Below are positions 29,621-39,154 of a stretch of DNA of 64,000 nt, one piece after another. The first letter of the stretch is position 1, and each line of letters begins with the position of its first letter. The notes beneath the pieces were generated by a model. It was given only the letters and a program-made list of their open reading frames with translations, had not been told where the DNA came from and searched no databases. This DNA comes from Sedimentisphaerales bacterium (GTDB lineage Bacteria > Planctomycetota > Phycisphaerae > Sedimentisphaerales > Anaerobacaceae), in assembly GCA_035448545.1 (NCBI GenBank), contig DAOTJE010000005.1, positions 57,878 to 121,877 on the forward strand. The letters run 5' to 3'. The position numbers and the translations under genes are program-made.

Positions 29621-30418
29621 TTAGAGTCTTCGCAGATGGAAGCCGCCGTCGGCGTTGATCACCTGGCCGGTGCAGAAGTCGAGCCGACCTTCGGCGATCG
29701 CGCCCACCGCCTTGCCGATGTCCTCGGGGTAGCCCCAGCGACGGATCGGCGTGATGCCTTCGGCGATCATCTTGTCGTACTTGGCGGTGACCACTTTGGT
29801 CATGTCCGTCTTGACGATTCCGGGGCGGACCTCGAACACGCCGATGCCGTATTCGGCCAGCCGGTCGGCGTAGAGCATCGTCATCATGCCGATGGCCGCT
29901 TTGCTGATGCAGTACTCGCCACGGGCCGGGCTGCTCGTGTAGGCGGAGATCGATCCGGTGTTGACGATGCGATAGCCGCCTTCGGGATCGGCCTTCTTCT
30001 GCTCGATCATCCACTTGGCGACCATCTGGGTCAGAAAGTAGGGGCCCTTGAGATTGATGTTCATCACACGATCGAAGCTCTCTTCGGTGGCCTCCAGCAG
30101 ATCGAGCCGTTTCAGGGGGGCGACGCCGGCGTTGTTGGCCAGCAGGTGACATCGGCCGAATATGCTTCGGGTCGAATCGACCAGCTTCCGGCGGTCGGCG
30201 GCGTTGCTGACGTCGATCCGCAGCACCTCGCATCGTGCCCCAAGCGCCCGGGCCTGCTTCTGGGTTTCCAGAGCGTTGCTCTCGTCGGGCTTGCCTTGTT
30301 CATCGAAGTCGAAGTGGGCGATCATCAGATCGTATCCCAGCCTGGCCAGCTCCAGCGCGATGCCCCGGCCGATTCCCCGACTGCCCCCGGTGACGATGGC
30401 TACGAGTCTATCTCCCAT
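29621..30418 (-). CDS. Short-chain dehydrogenase/reductase (SDR)
   Basis: 265 aa. VTGGSRGIGRGIA, NNAG, catalytic YCISKAA (YxxxK). Confidence 0.85.
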   Translation of the reverse strand: MGDRLVAIVTGGSRGIGRGIALELARLGYDLMIAHFDFDEQGKPDESNALETQKQARALGARCEVLRIDVSNAADRRKLVDSTRSIFGRCHLLANNAGVAPLKRLDLLEATEESFDRVMNINLKGPYFLTQMVAKWMIEQKKADPEGGYRIVNTGSISAYTSSPARGEYCISKAAIGMMTMLYADRLAEYGIGVFEVRPGIVKTDMTKVVTAKYDKMIAEGITPIRRWGYPEDIGKAVGAIAEGRLDFCTGQVINADGGFHLRRL

Positions 30419-30442
30419 GACGACGGTCCCTTTCGATGGTGG

Positions 30443-33031
30443 TTACGATTGCAGAAACTGGTCGATCTGGCGGGCGGCCCGCATGCCGTCGGCGACGGCG
30501 GCGACCACCGTGGAAGGCCCGCGAACCAGGTCGCCTCCAGCAAAGACGGCACGGCGCGACGTTGCAAGTGTTTCGTCGTTGGTCCGGATGAGTCCGCCGA
30601 CAATCCGGACCCCGGGCAGTATCTGCTCCAGGTTGTCCGGAGCCGACTGGCCGATGGCCTCGACGACGAGGTCCATGTCGAGATCGTACGCGCTTGCGGT
30701 CACGGCCTGAGGCCGGCGCCGTCCGCTCGCGTCGGGGTCGCCCAAGCGTGTCGGGCACAGCCGGATTCCCGTCAGCTTGCCGTCTGTGGCGTGGTAGTCC
30801 AATGGCTGCGTCAGGATCAGGAAGTGCACGCCTTCGTTGATCGCCCGCTGCCGCTCGGCGCCCCAGGCGGGCATCTCCTTGAACGAGCGGCGGTAGATCA
30901 GATATACATCTTTGGCGCCGAGCTGTCCGGCGGTCACCGCGACGTCCATCGCGGTGTTGCCCCCGCCGATGACGGCGACGGATTTACCGTTCAGGTTGAG
31001 CCGGCCGGACTGCTTGGCTTCGGACAGGAAATCCATCGCGTTCCAAAGACCATCGAGTGGCGTGTTGATGATACGGGTCGCCCGGGGCAGGCCCAGTCCG
31101 ATGAAGGCGGCGTCGAAGCCCTGTTCCATGATTGTGTCGAGATTGTTCTTGGCGTCAAGCTCCTGGCCCAGACATAGCGTCATGCGATCTTCAGGCACAT
31201 CCGAAAAGATCGCCTTGAGTTCGTGGACCAGCGCCCGGTTCTGGCGGTCGGCGGGGATGACGGACTCGACCATCCCGCCGAAGGCGGTGCTCTTGTCGAA
31301 GATCGCCACGCTGTGACCAGCCTCGAGCAGTCGGGCGGCGCAGGCCAGGCCCGCCGGGCCGGCGCCGATGATCGCCACCTTTCGGCCCGTGGCCGTCTGC
31401 GGAATCCGCAGCTTCGACCAGCCGTTCCAGTTGGCCTGCTCGGCAAGATACCGCTGGATGTGGGCGATCGGCAGCGCCCCGTCTGCGATGAAGTGCTGGA
31501 GGCAGTGGCCCTGGCATTGCTGCTCGACCGGGCAGAGCCACGCACAGACCTCGGGAAAGACGTTTGCCCGGCGGATGACCTCGTAGGCCTCCTGCTCTTT
31601 GCCGTCGAGAAAGAGCTCGATGAATCTCGGGATCTCGATCCCCGCCGGGCAGGCGAGCTGACACGTCGGCTCCTGGCACTTACGACAGTTGTTCGCCAGG
31701 CGAAGCAGGTTGTCCTTGTCGCTCAGGCGACCATGCCGGAAGATTGGCCCGTACACCGCGTGGTCCCGCACGACGCAGCCGGTCCGCCCGCCGTCCCGCA
31801 TGATCTGCGTACAGGCGCTGCAGGCGATACAGACCTTCTCGGAGTCCATCTTCCCCTTGCGGACGATATCGCGTGCGAAGTCCGGATAGGCAAAGGCCAT
31901 CCGTCCGCCGCCGATGATCGTGACCAGGCCATTGGTCTTGTTGGCGGCGCCGACGTTGGCCATGAGCGTACGGAGCCAACTGTAGCCGGTCCCGACGAAG
32001 GTCATGTCGGGATACGCCTTCTGGATTTGCCCGGTGACGTTCACGAGCCTCGCGACGCCGACCAGCGGGTGCTCGGGCTCGGGGTAGCCGCCCACGATGG
32101 GCTCATTGAAGGGTCGGCCGACGTGGGGATTGTAGTAGGGATTGGCAACCGTGATATCGATGAGCGTGACGCCGCGGTCCTTGAGCAGGCCGACGAGTCT
32201 CTTCGGTTCGGTCAGGTCGGGTTTGGTGTAGTCGTTCTGGTCCACTGCCCAGCCATAAGGGTAGGGGATTGCGTCGTAGATGCCCAATCGCGTGACGACG
32301 CGGGCCTTGGCACCGAGTTCGGCGCGCACGCGCTCGACGGTCTCGATGAGCAGGCGGGTGCGGTTCTCGAACGAGCCGCCGTACTTGCCCGGGCGGTTGC
32401 GGCACGCCAGCAGCTCGTTGATGAGGTATCCGTGACAGGCCTTGATGTCAACGGCGTCGAAGCCGACCTCGAACGCGATGCGTGCGGCCTCGACGTAGGC
32501 GTCCTGGAGCCGGTCGAGGTATTCGTCAGTCACGAGGGGATAGTCGTCAGGGAGTTTGCTCTGTCCCTTGGCGTGCGGCGGCCACTGCGGCACGAGGCAG
32601 TCGCGATATGGGTCGCGCTGTCCGATGATCGGACGGGCGACCCCGTCGGGCTTGCTGTAGCGGCCCGAATGGGTCAATTGCGCCACCATGACGGGACGAT
32701 GGTCCTTCCCGTTGGCCTCGGCGGCCTTGGCTCGCGCTCGCCGGACCATCTCGGCGAAGGCGTCTTTGCTGCCCTTGTGCAACCACAACTGACGCGGGTT
32801 GGCGCGGGCCTCGGGCACGACCGCAATCGCTTCGGCCCACAGCAGTCCTGCCCCTCCGGCGCCGAATCGCTCGTAGCGGCGCACGGTCAGCCTGCTGGGG
32901 CGGCCCTCGGCGTCGCCGTCGCAGCCTTCCATTGCGTGGACGCTCAGGGAATTTGGGATCGTCAGACCGTCGAATGCGACCGGCTGCGCCAGGATCGAAA
33001 CGTCTTCGATGGCCTCGACATGGACGCCCAA
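30443..33031 (-). CDS. Fused Old-Yellow-Enzyme-type FMN oxidoreductase / 4Fe-4S / GltD-like NAD(P)H-FAD reductase
   Basis: 862 aa. N-terminal OYE TIM barrel, then the FadH-like Cys cluster CIACSACTQ...GCV. Next comes the GltD-type region CRKCQEPTCQLACPAG...CPVEQQCQGHC, then VAIIGAGPAGLACA and VAVIGGGNTAMDVA. Start is uncertain: TTG at 33031 has no SD, while a strong AAGGAGGTG lies at 33123-33131. Confidence 0.85.
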   Translation of the reverse strand: MGVHVEAIEDVSILAQPVAFDGLTIPNSLSVHAMEGCDGDAEGRPSRLTVRRYERFGAGGAGLLWAEAIAVVPEARANPRQLWLHKGSKDAFAEMVRRARAKAAEANGKDHRPVMVAQLTHSGRYSKPDGVARPIIGQRDPYRDCLVPQWPPHAKGQSKLPDDYPLVTDEYLDRLQDAYVEAARIAFEVGFDAVDIKACHGYLINELLACRNRPGKYGGSFENRTRLLIETVERVRAELGAKARVVTRLGIYDAIPYPYGWAVDQNDYTKPDLTEPKRLVGLLKDRGVTLIDITVANPYYNPHVGRPFNEPIVGGYPEPEHPLVGVARLVNVTGQIQKAYPDMTFVGTGYSWLRTLMANVGAANKTNGLVTIIGGGRMAFAYPDFARDIVRKGKMDSEKVCIACSACTQIMRDGGRTGCVVRDHAVYGPIFRHGRLSDKDNLLRLANNCRKCQEPTCQLACPAGIEIPRFIELFLDGKEQEAYEVIRRANVFPEVCAWLCPVEQQCQGHCLQHFIADGALPIAHIQRYLAEQANWNGWSKLRIPQTATGRKVAIIGAGPAGLACAARLLEAGHSVAIFDKSTAFGGMVESVIPADRQNRALVHELKAIFSDVPEDRMTLCLGQELDAKNNLDTIMEQGFDAAFIGLGLPRATRIINTPLDGLWNAMDFLSEAKQSGRLNLNGKSVAVIGGGNTAMDVAVTAGQLGAKDVYLIYRRSFKEMPAWGAERQRAINEGVHFLILTQPLDYHATDGKLTGIRLCPTRLGDPDASGRRRPQAVTASAYDLDMDLVVEAIGQSAPDNLEQILPGVRIVGGLIRTNDETLATSRRAVFAGGDLVRGPSTVVAAVADGMRAARQIDQFLQS

Positions 33032-33173
33032 CCGGCGGTTGAGGTCCTTCAGGTCTTCGACGGTGCGGAGCCGGAACTCCCACGGATGAAGTGGAGCGGT
33101 CGATTGTGCGGCCTGAATGATGCCACCTCCTTGCCTTGGGGCTAATCGATCGCCTCGGACCTGGGAACGGTTT

Positions 33174-36062
33174 TCACGCGAGTTTGGCTCTCAGGAACTT
33201 GGCGGTATAGCTCTTGGTGTTCTTGACGATCTCTTCGGGCGGTCCGGCGACGACCACGGTTCCGCCGCCGTCGCCACCCTCGGGCCCGAGGTCGATAATA
33301 TAGTCGGCGATCTTGATCACATCAAGGTTGTGTTCGATCACGATGACCGTGTTGCCCATATCGCAGAGACGCTGGAGCACGTTGAGCAGGTTCTGGATAT
33401 CGGCAAAGTGCAGGCCTGTGGTCGGCTCGTCGAGCACGTACAGCGTGTGGCCGGTGTCGGCCTTGCCCAGTTCGGCCGCGAGCTTGACGCGTTGGGCCTC
33501 GCCGCCGGACAGTGTGGTGGACGACTGGCCGAGCTGGACGTAGCCGAGCCCAACGTCTGTCAGCGTCTTGAGAATGCGGACGATGGTCGGGAAGTTGGCG
33601 AAGAAATCGACCGCGTCTTCGATCCGCATATCGAGCACATCCGCGATGCTCTTGCCCTTGTAGGTGACCTGGAGCGTCTCCCGGTTGTACCGCGTGCCCT
33701 TGCAGTCCTGACAGGTGACATAGACGTCTGGCAGGAAGTGCATCTCGATCTTCTTGGTGCCTTGGCCGGCGCAGGACTCACAGCGTCCGCCCTTGACGTT
33801 GAAGCTGAATCGTCCGGGTTTGTAGCCGCGAATCTTCGCTTCCCGTGTCATGGAGAAGAGCTTGCGGATCAGGTCAAAGACGCCGGTGTAGGTCGCGGGA
33901 TTGCTTCGCGGCGTCTTGCCGATCGGCGACTGGTCGATCTCGATTACCTTGTCGATCTGGGAGATTCCGAGGACGTTCTTGTGTTTGCCCGGCTTTTCGC
34001 GCGACTGATAGAGCCGGCGTTTCAGTGCCCGCAGGAGGATCTGGTTGACGAGGGTGCTCTTACCTGAGCCGGAAACGCCGGTGACGCAGACGAAGACGCC
34101 GAGCGGGAACTTGACGTCGATGTCCTTGAGGTTGTGTTCGGCGGCCCCTTTGACCTCGATACACTTGCGCAAGTTGTACTTGCGTCGCTTGGCGGGCAGC
34201 TTGATGCTCTTCTTGCCGCTGAGGTACTGACCGGTGAGCGATTCCTCGCACCGGATGATGTCTTCGAGCGTCCCTTGGGCGACGAGGCGACCGCCGTGGG
34301 TGCCGGCGGCTGGACCGATGTCCACGATGTGATCGGCGGCGCGGATGATGTCCTCGTCGTGTTCGACGACGAGCACGCTGTTGCCGATCCGCGTGAGTCT
34401 CTGGAGGATGCGCAGCAGGCGGTCGTTATCCCGGTTGTGCAGGCCGATCGTCGGCTCGTCGAGGACGTAGCAGACGCCGACCAGACCGCTGCCGACCTGC
34501 GTGGCCAGGCGGATCCGCTGGGCCTCGCCACCGGCCAGCGTACTACTGATCCGGTCAAGCGTCAGATAGCCCAGACCCACGTCGATCATGAATCCCAGCC
34601 GGGTTTTGATCTCCTTAAGAATCTGGGCGGCAATGACGGTCCGCTCTTCGTCGAGCTTGAGCCGGCTGAAGAACCGCTGGGCGGCATCGATGCTCAGAGC
34701 GGTCAGCTCGGCAATGTTCTTGCCTGCGACGGTGACCGCAATGGCCTCGGGCCGCAGCCGCGCGCCGTGGCAGGTCTGGCAGGGCTGCTCGGACAGATAG
34801 CTGTGCAGGCGGGCCTTGACGAAATCGCTCGTGGTGTTCTTCCATCGCCGCGTAAGGTTCGGGATGACCCCCTCGAAGGACAGACCGTACTTGTCGCGAT
34901 CTTCCTCGCTCGTGCCGTACATCAGGATTCGCTTCAGCTCGGCCGGCAGCTCGTCGTAGGGCATCGCTTTGCTGACGCCGACCCTCCGGCAGAAACGCTT
35001 GATCAGGCGGTTGTAGAAGATGTTCATGCGCTTGCCGCCCTTGCGCCACGCGTCGATCGCGCCGTTTTCGAGTGAGACCGTCTTGTCGGGCACGATGAGC
35101 TCCGGATCGAATTCGAGGATGGTGCCGAGCCCGTCGCAGCTCTTGCAGGCGCCGTACGGGCTGTTGAAGCTGAACAGCCTGGGTGAAAGCTCCTCCAGGC
35201 TGGCCTCGGGGTGGTCGGGACAGGCGAACTTCTCGCTGTAGAGGGTCTCTTCCCAGCCGCCGTCGCCGCCGTTGGGCTTGTCCGATGCAGGCTCCTGGAG
35301 CAGGATGAGGACGATACCCTCGGCCAGCTTCAGGGCGGTCTCAATGGAATCGGCCAGGCGGATGCGGACGCCCTGTTTGATGATCAGGCGGTCGACCACC
35401 GCCGCGATATCATGCTTCTTGTTCTTATCCAGCTCGGGGACGTTGCGGACATCGTAGATCGTGCCGTCGACGCGGACGCGGACGAAGCCCTCCCGCTGGA
35501 TGTTGGCGAACACGTCCTTGTGCTCGCCCTTCTTGCCGCGCACCAGGGGGGCGCAGACTTGAATCTTGGTCTCTTCGGGGTGGGTCAGGATGGACTCGAC
35601 GATCTGGGAGGCGTGCTGGCTGGTGATCGGACGGCCGCAGACCCAGCAGTGGGGCTGACCGACCCGGGCGAAGAGCAGGCGGAAATAGTCGTAGATCTCC
35701 GTGGCGGTCGCGACGGTCGAACGCGGATTGCTGCTGGCGCTGCGCTGCTCGATGGCAATGGTCGGGGGCAGGCCCGAGATGTTGCCCACCGCAGGTTTCT
35801 GCATCTGTTCGAGGAACTGGCGGGCATAGGCGCTGAGCGATTCGACGTATTTACGCCGGCCCTCCGCGTAGATCGTGTCGAACGCCAGCGAGCTCTTGCC
35901 CGAGCCGCTGATGCCGGTGATGACCACGAGCTTGTCGCGCGGAATGCTCAGGCTGATATCCTTGAGGTTGTGCTCGGCGGCGCCGGTGATCGTGATGACC
36001 TTCTCGTTTCGCTGCGGCATATCGGTAGCGGACCCAATCCTTCGATTCCGATTCTCGTCCAT
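33174..36062 (-). CDS. uvrA: Excinuclease ABC subunit A
   Basis: Start at MDENRNRR (ATG at 36062). Walker [15 protein letters not shown] and [11 protein letters not shown]. Zinc-finger Cys pairs. ABC signatures LSGGE (x2). Confidence 0.95.
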   Translation of the reverse strand: MDENRNRRIGSATDMPQRNEKVITITGAAEHNLKDISLSIPRDKLVVITGISGSGKSSLAFDTIYAEGRRKYVESLSAYARQFLEQMQKPAVGNISGLPPTIAIEQRSASSNPRSTVATATEIYDYFRLLFARVGQPHCWVCGRPITSQHASQIVESILTHPEETKIQVCAPLVRGKKGEHKDVFANIQREGFVRVRVDGTIYDVRNVPELDKNKKHDIAAVVDRLIIKQGVRIRLADSIETALKLAEGIVLILLQEPASDKPNGGDGGWEETLYSEKFACPDHPEASLEELSPRLFSFNSPYGACKSCDGLGTILEFDPELIVPDKTVSLENGAIDAWRKGGKRMNIFYNRLIKRFCRRVGVSKAMPYDELPAELKRILMYGTSEEDRDKYGLSFEGVIPNLTRRWKNTTSDFVKARLHSYLSEQPCQTCHGARLRPEAIAVTVAGKNIAELTALSIDAAQRFFSRLKLDEERTVIAAQILKEIKTRLGFMIDVGLGYLTLDRISSTLAGGEAQRIRLATQVGSGLVGVCYVLDEPTIGLHNRDNDRLLRILQRLTRIGNSVLVVEHDEDIIRAADHIVDIGPAAGTHGGRLVAQGTLEDIIRCEESLTGQYLSGKKSIKLPAKRRKYNLRKCIEVKGAAEHNLKDIDVKFPLGVFVCVTGVSGSGKSTLVNQILLRALKRRLYQSREKPGKHKNVLGISQIDKVIEIDQSPIGKTPRSNPATYTGVFDLIRKLFSMTREAKIRGYKPGRFSFNVKGGRCESCAGQGTKKIEMHFLPDVYVTCQDCKGTRYNRETLQVTYKGKSIADVLDMRIEDAVDFFANFPTIVRILKTLTDVGLGYVQLGQSSTTLSGGEAQRVKLAAELGKADTGHTLYVLDEPTTGLHFADIQNLLNVLQRLCDMGNTVIVIEHNLDVIKIADYIIDLGPEGGDGGGTVVVAGPPEEIVKNTKSYTAKFLRAKLA

Positions 36063-36216
36063 ACGAATCCCCCGTTCCTGGGGTGTGCATCCGACTTTTC
36101 TCGGACGGCACAAACTAACCATTGTACCGATTCGCCCGGAAAACGCAAACCGCCCCCTCGGCCATTTTCCCGCCCTCCGGCCGCCGGCGTCCGCCTCCAG
36201 GGTGTTGTTATCGCGT

Positions 36217-36245
36217 TTACCAGGGGCACTGTGGGTGCTACAATG
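36217..36245 (+). promoter_or_regulatory. Sigma-70-like promoter candidate for the sORF-162aa-sORF-nfi unit
   Basis: TTTACC, 17-nt spacer, TACAAT, about 90 nt upstream of the ATG at 36334. Motif match only. Confidence 0.3.
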
Positions 36246-36333
36246 CCTTGTGATTGCGTGGACGATCCGATTGGCGCGCTGGCGGCGGGGGTGCTGCCCC
36301 CGTTTGATTGGACCTCATGAGCGAAGGGATGTC

Positions 36334-36486
36334 ATGGTCATCGATGAGATCGGCAAGGACGAAGACGGCCGGCGCATTGAGATTCTTTTCGGTGCGCTGG
36401 CCATGCAGCAATGGGGCATCCGCCCCGTCTCGGATGAAGAGCGACTCGACCCGAGCCATTATCCGGAGGAGTCCGTGGAGTTCTGA
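36334..36486 (+). CDS. Possible 50-aa acidic small protein
   Basis: MVIDEIGKDEDGRRIEILFGALAMQQWGIRPVSDEERLDPSHYPEESVEF. GC3-rich in this frame, unlike the alternative frames. No family recognised. Confidence 0.3.
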   Translation: MVIDEIGKDEDGRRIEILFGALAMQQWGIRPVSDEERLDPSHYPEESVEF

Positions 36487-36522
36487 TGCGCGTCGTCCGG
36501 CGCACCAACAGGAGTACGTCTA

Positions 36523-37011
36523 ATGAATCGGCTTGAGATTGGCTCTTCGGCTTTTAATCAGGTGTTGTTACATGATGTCCCCGTTTACGCGCTGTCTGTG
36601 CAGAGGCTGAAGTGCGAGGTCAATCTCGTTCTCGATATCGATTACGCGGCGTGGAATCGCTTTCCGGACAACCACTATGAGATTCCGGCGACTCTGACGT
36701 TTCTGGATGTCGTTGACCTTCAGATCCATCTGGACTGGGGCACTTCGCTTCGCCGAGAAGAACCCTACGGAGTCATCTGTGACTTCTCGGGTCAGATGAT
36801 CATCTATGATTTCCGGCGGTTCGCGTATACGGACCCCATTTATACCGAAAGATCCTATTGGCGTTACGAATTGGACTTCTCGGACCCGCGCGACGGGCGA
36901 ATCAGCCTTGGGGCGAAGGATTTCACCATCGTGGGCCGACACGACCCCGTACGTTCCAATCAGCAAACGCTTGATCCAGATCAGAGACCGCCTCTGACAC
37001 GGGGCGGATGA
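36523..37011 (+). CDS. Hypothetical 162-aa protein, atypical codon usage
   Basis: Clean ORF with many T/A-ending codons (aat, ctt, att, tct, ttt, tta, cat, gat, tat), unlike the neighbours. ...NLVLDIDYAAWNRFPDNHYEIPATLTFLDVVDLQIHLDWG... No confident family. Confidence 0.55.
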   Translation: MNRLEIGSSAFNQVLLHDVPVYALSVQRLKCEVNLVLDIDYAAWNRFPDNHYEIPATLTFLDVVDLQIHLDWGTSLRREEPYGVICDFSGQMIIYDFRRFAYTDPIYTERSYWRYELDFSDPRDGRISLGAKDFTIVGRHDPVRSNQQTLDPDQRPPLTRGG

Positions 37012-37026
37012 AGGAGGACGAACGTG

Positions 37027-37188
37027 ATGGACATCGACTACAACAAGGTCGATGATTGCACCCTGGCGCTGCTGTATCTGGTCACATCTGAGGGCAGCTG
37101 TGGGGCGCGGGCCAAGGTGTTGTTCGAACATTTCTTCGCCAGGCCGGGAGGCAGTGGGGCGAAGGAACGATTTACGATGGTCGAGTGA
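37027..37188 (+). CDS. Possible 53-aa small protein, stop overlaps the nfi start (GTGA)
   Basis: GAAGGAGGA SD 8 nt upstream. MDIDYNKVDDCTLALLYLV... The N-terminus recalls DUF6429-type small proteins from memory, but the rest does not. Confidence 0.3.
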   Translation: MDIDYNKVDDCTLALLYLVTSEGSCGARAKVLFEHFFARPGGSGAKERFTMVE

Positions 37189-37943
37189 GGGCGGGTAGGG
37201 TGCCGAAACTGCACAAATGGGACTTGTCGTATGCGGAGGCGCGGGAGCTTCAGACGCGTCTGGCGGGAAAGGTGCGGTTCGATCCGTTGAAGACCGAGCC
37301 TGAGATTGTCGCAGGTCTCGACTGTGCGTTCATGGACGGCGGCAAACGCATCGTTGCGGCGGTCGTTGTCCTGCGACGCGTGGCCGCCTCGACTGCAAAG
37401 GAGTCGGAAGTCGTTCAGAAGAGACCCCATCCCCAAGCTGCGCCTGAGGCTGCCACCCAAACGTTGTTCGAAGTGGTTGAAACCGCCAGCGCCACGATGG
37501 ACGTGACGTTTCCCTATATTCCAGGCCTGCTGTCGTTCCGCGAGGCGCCCGCATGCCTGGGGGCGGTCGCGAAGCTCGAAAGCAGGCCCGATCTGTTCCT
37601 GATCGACGGGCAGGGGGTCGCTCACCCGCGTCGACTGGGACTGGCCGCCCATCTGGGGCTCTTTCTCGACAGGCCCACCATCGGCTGCGCCAAGAGCCGC
37701 CTGATCGGCACGTTCGAGGAACCTGGAACGGCCAAGGGGGCACACAGCCCTCTGTACGACGGCGACGAGATGATCGGGGCGGTCGTTCGCACGCGGACGA
37801 GAGTCAAGCCGCTGTTCGTCTCTGTGGGACATCGCTGCCGACTGGAGGATGCAATTCGCCTGACATTGGCCTGCACGACGAAATACAGACTGCCCGAGCC
37901 GACGCGTCTGGCCCATCAGGTTGTCAGCCAGTTGAAGTGCTGA
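37185..37943 (+). CDS. nfi: Endonuclease V
   Basis: 252 aa. GLDCAF, PYIPGLLSFREAP, LIDGQGVAHPRRLGLAAHLG, PTIGCAKSRL. GTG start at 37185 or 37200. Confidence 0.9.
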   Translation: MRAGRVPKLHKWDLSYAEARELQTRLAGKVRFDPLKTEPEIVAGLDCAFMDGGKRIVAAVVVLRRVAASTAKESEVVQKRPHPQAAPEAATQTLFEVVETASATMDVTFPYIPGLLSFREAPACLGAVAKLESRPDLFLIDGQGVAHPRRLGLAAHLGLFLDRPTIGCAKSRLIGTFEEPGTAKGAHSPLYDGDEMIGAVVRTRTRVKPLFVSVGHRCRLEDAIRLTLACTTKYRLPEPTRLAHQVVSQLKC

Positions 37944-38034
37944 ATATCCATCGATGGTTTACCCGCCCGTCTCCCGCGCGGGTCGGAGTGTCGAGGACAT
38001 TTCCATCCGGGGGCTCCCGGGCTGGTCGGGAGCA

Positions 38035-38328
38035 TCAGGGAATGCCCGGTCGGTTGCGGCGAGAGTAGCCTGCGATCTGGGAGCGGCCTCGGTCCGGCCC
38101 GTAATCGTCGAACAGGCAGACCGGCACGTAGAACGCCAGCAGGGCCACCAACGCTATGATGCCCACGAGCCACCACTGAAGACAGACATAGAGGAAGACG
38201 GAACCGATCGACAGAACGATCAGCCAGCAACAGACCCTTGTGCGTTGGCCGGTTGAATGCAGACCGTATGCAGACTTCTCTGCGGCCGACGTGGAAAAAC
38301 GACGTTCCTGTTGCTCTTCCGTATGCAT
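38035..38328 (-). CDS. Possible 97-aa two-TM membrane protein
   Basis: ATG at 38328, preceded by GCGGAGGAGCC (GGAGG SD). Two hydrophobic helices (VCCWLIVLSIGSVFLYVCL, WWLVGIIALVALLAFYVPVCL). Confidence 0.4.
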   Translation of the reverse strand: MHTEEQQERRFSTSAAEKSAYGLHSTGQRTRVCCWLIVLSIGSVFLYVCLQWWLVGIIALVALLAFYVPVCLFDDYGPDRGRSQIAGYSRRNRPGIP

Positions 38329-38586
38329 GGCTCCTCCGCTTGTTTCCGTCCGGAACTTCGTCATCCCCTGCCCGCGTATTATCCGAGAAGAGAACAACAG
38401 CACCTGAGACGCCAACGCTGTGAGTCCCCCTTCTTCTCCCGGTTTGCGGACCCCGGCCAGCGGACTTCTCCCTGGATGCACTACCATTGCGTCCGTGACG
38501 GTTCCATCTCCGTCCCTCCATGTGTTCTTCTTCATACCAGAACGGGAGGCAAAAGTCAAGCCAAAACCGGGAGAAGAACCCGGTGT

Positions 38587-38824
38587 GGGTGCACTTGATG
38601 TTTGTAGGTACACCTTCACGGGGGTCGCAATCGACTTTGTCATTCCGACCGAAGCGCAGCGGAGTGGAGGAATCTGGCTGCGAACGGGCCATTGCCTTAT
38701 CCTCGGCCAGATTTCTCCGTGCGGGCTTCGCCCTTAGTCGAAATGACATCCGCCACGCTCTTCGAGATGACAGCCCCCTTTCCTGGCCTCCCCAGGAACC
38801 TACCTACAAACGTGCAGTGCACCC
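38587..38824 (-). mobile_element. 238-bp MITE, copy 2 (flanked by the 9-bp TSD ACCCGGTGT)
   Basis: Reverse complement is 232/238 identical to 22294-22531. Direct repeat ACCCGGTGT lies at 38578-38586 and 38825-38833. Confidence 0.85.
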
Positions 38825-39154
38825 ACCCGGTGTCCCGGGCCCGGACGGCATGGGGTCGAGTACCACGAAACGGGGGCCCCCCCCAAGGTGAGCACAGGGT
38901 TGAAGAATCGCGGTTCTTCGCGTAGAAAGAGAACATTTCGACGGCAACGGACGTAGCAACGGGGTTTTGTCTCATGGACAGAAGCCAGTCCGACAGGGTG
39001 TTCCACACCCGGCGTGATCCGGGACCTGGATCGACCGGCGCCCAGCCGGCGAAGATCGGCCGACAGGCAGATGGGTCCCGATGAGTCTAGGGGCACCCTG
39101 CCGGAGGGCGTGGGGGACCTACCGAAGTTTGTTTGCGAACAGGGGAAAGTCTTT

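Noticed and set aside
39014-39154. 47-codon extension of the moxR ORF
   Set aside because: It has no similarity to MoxR N-termini. The ATG at 39155 is preceded by a purine-rich SD and yields the typical MoxR length (329 aa).
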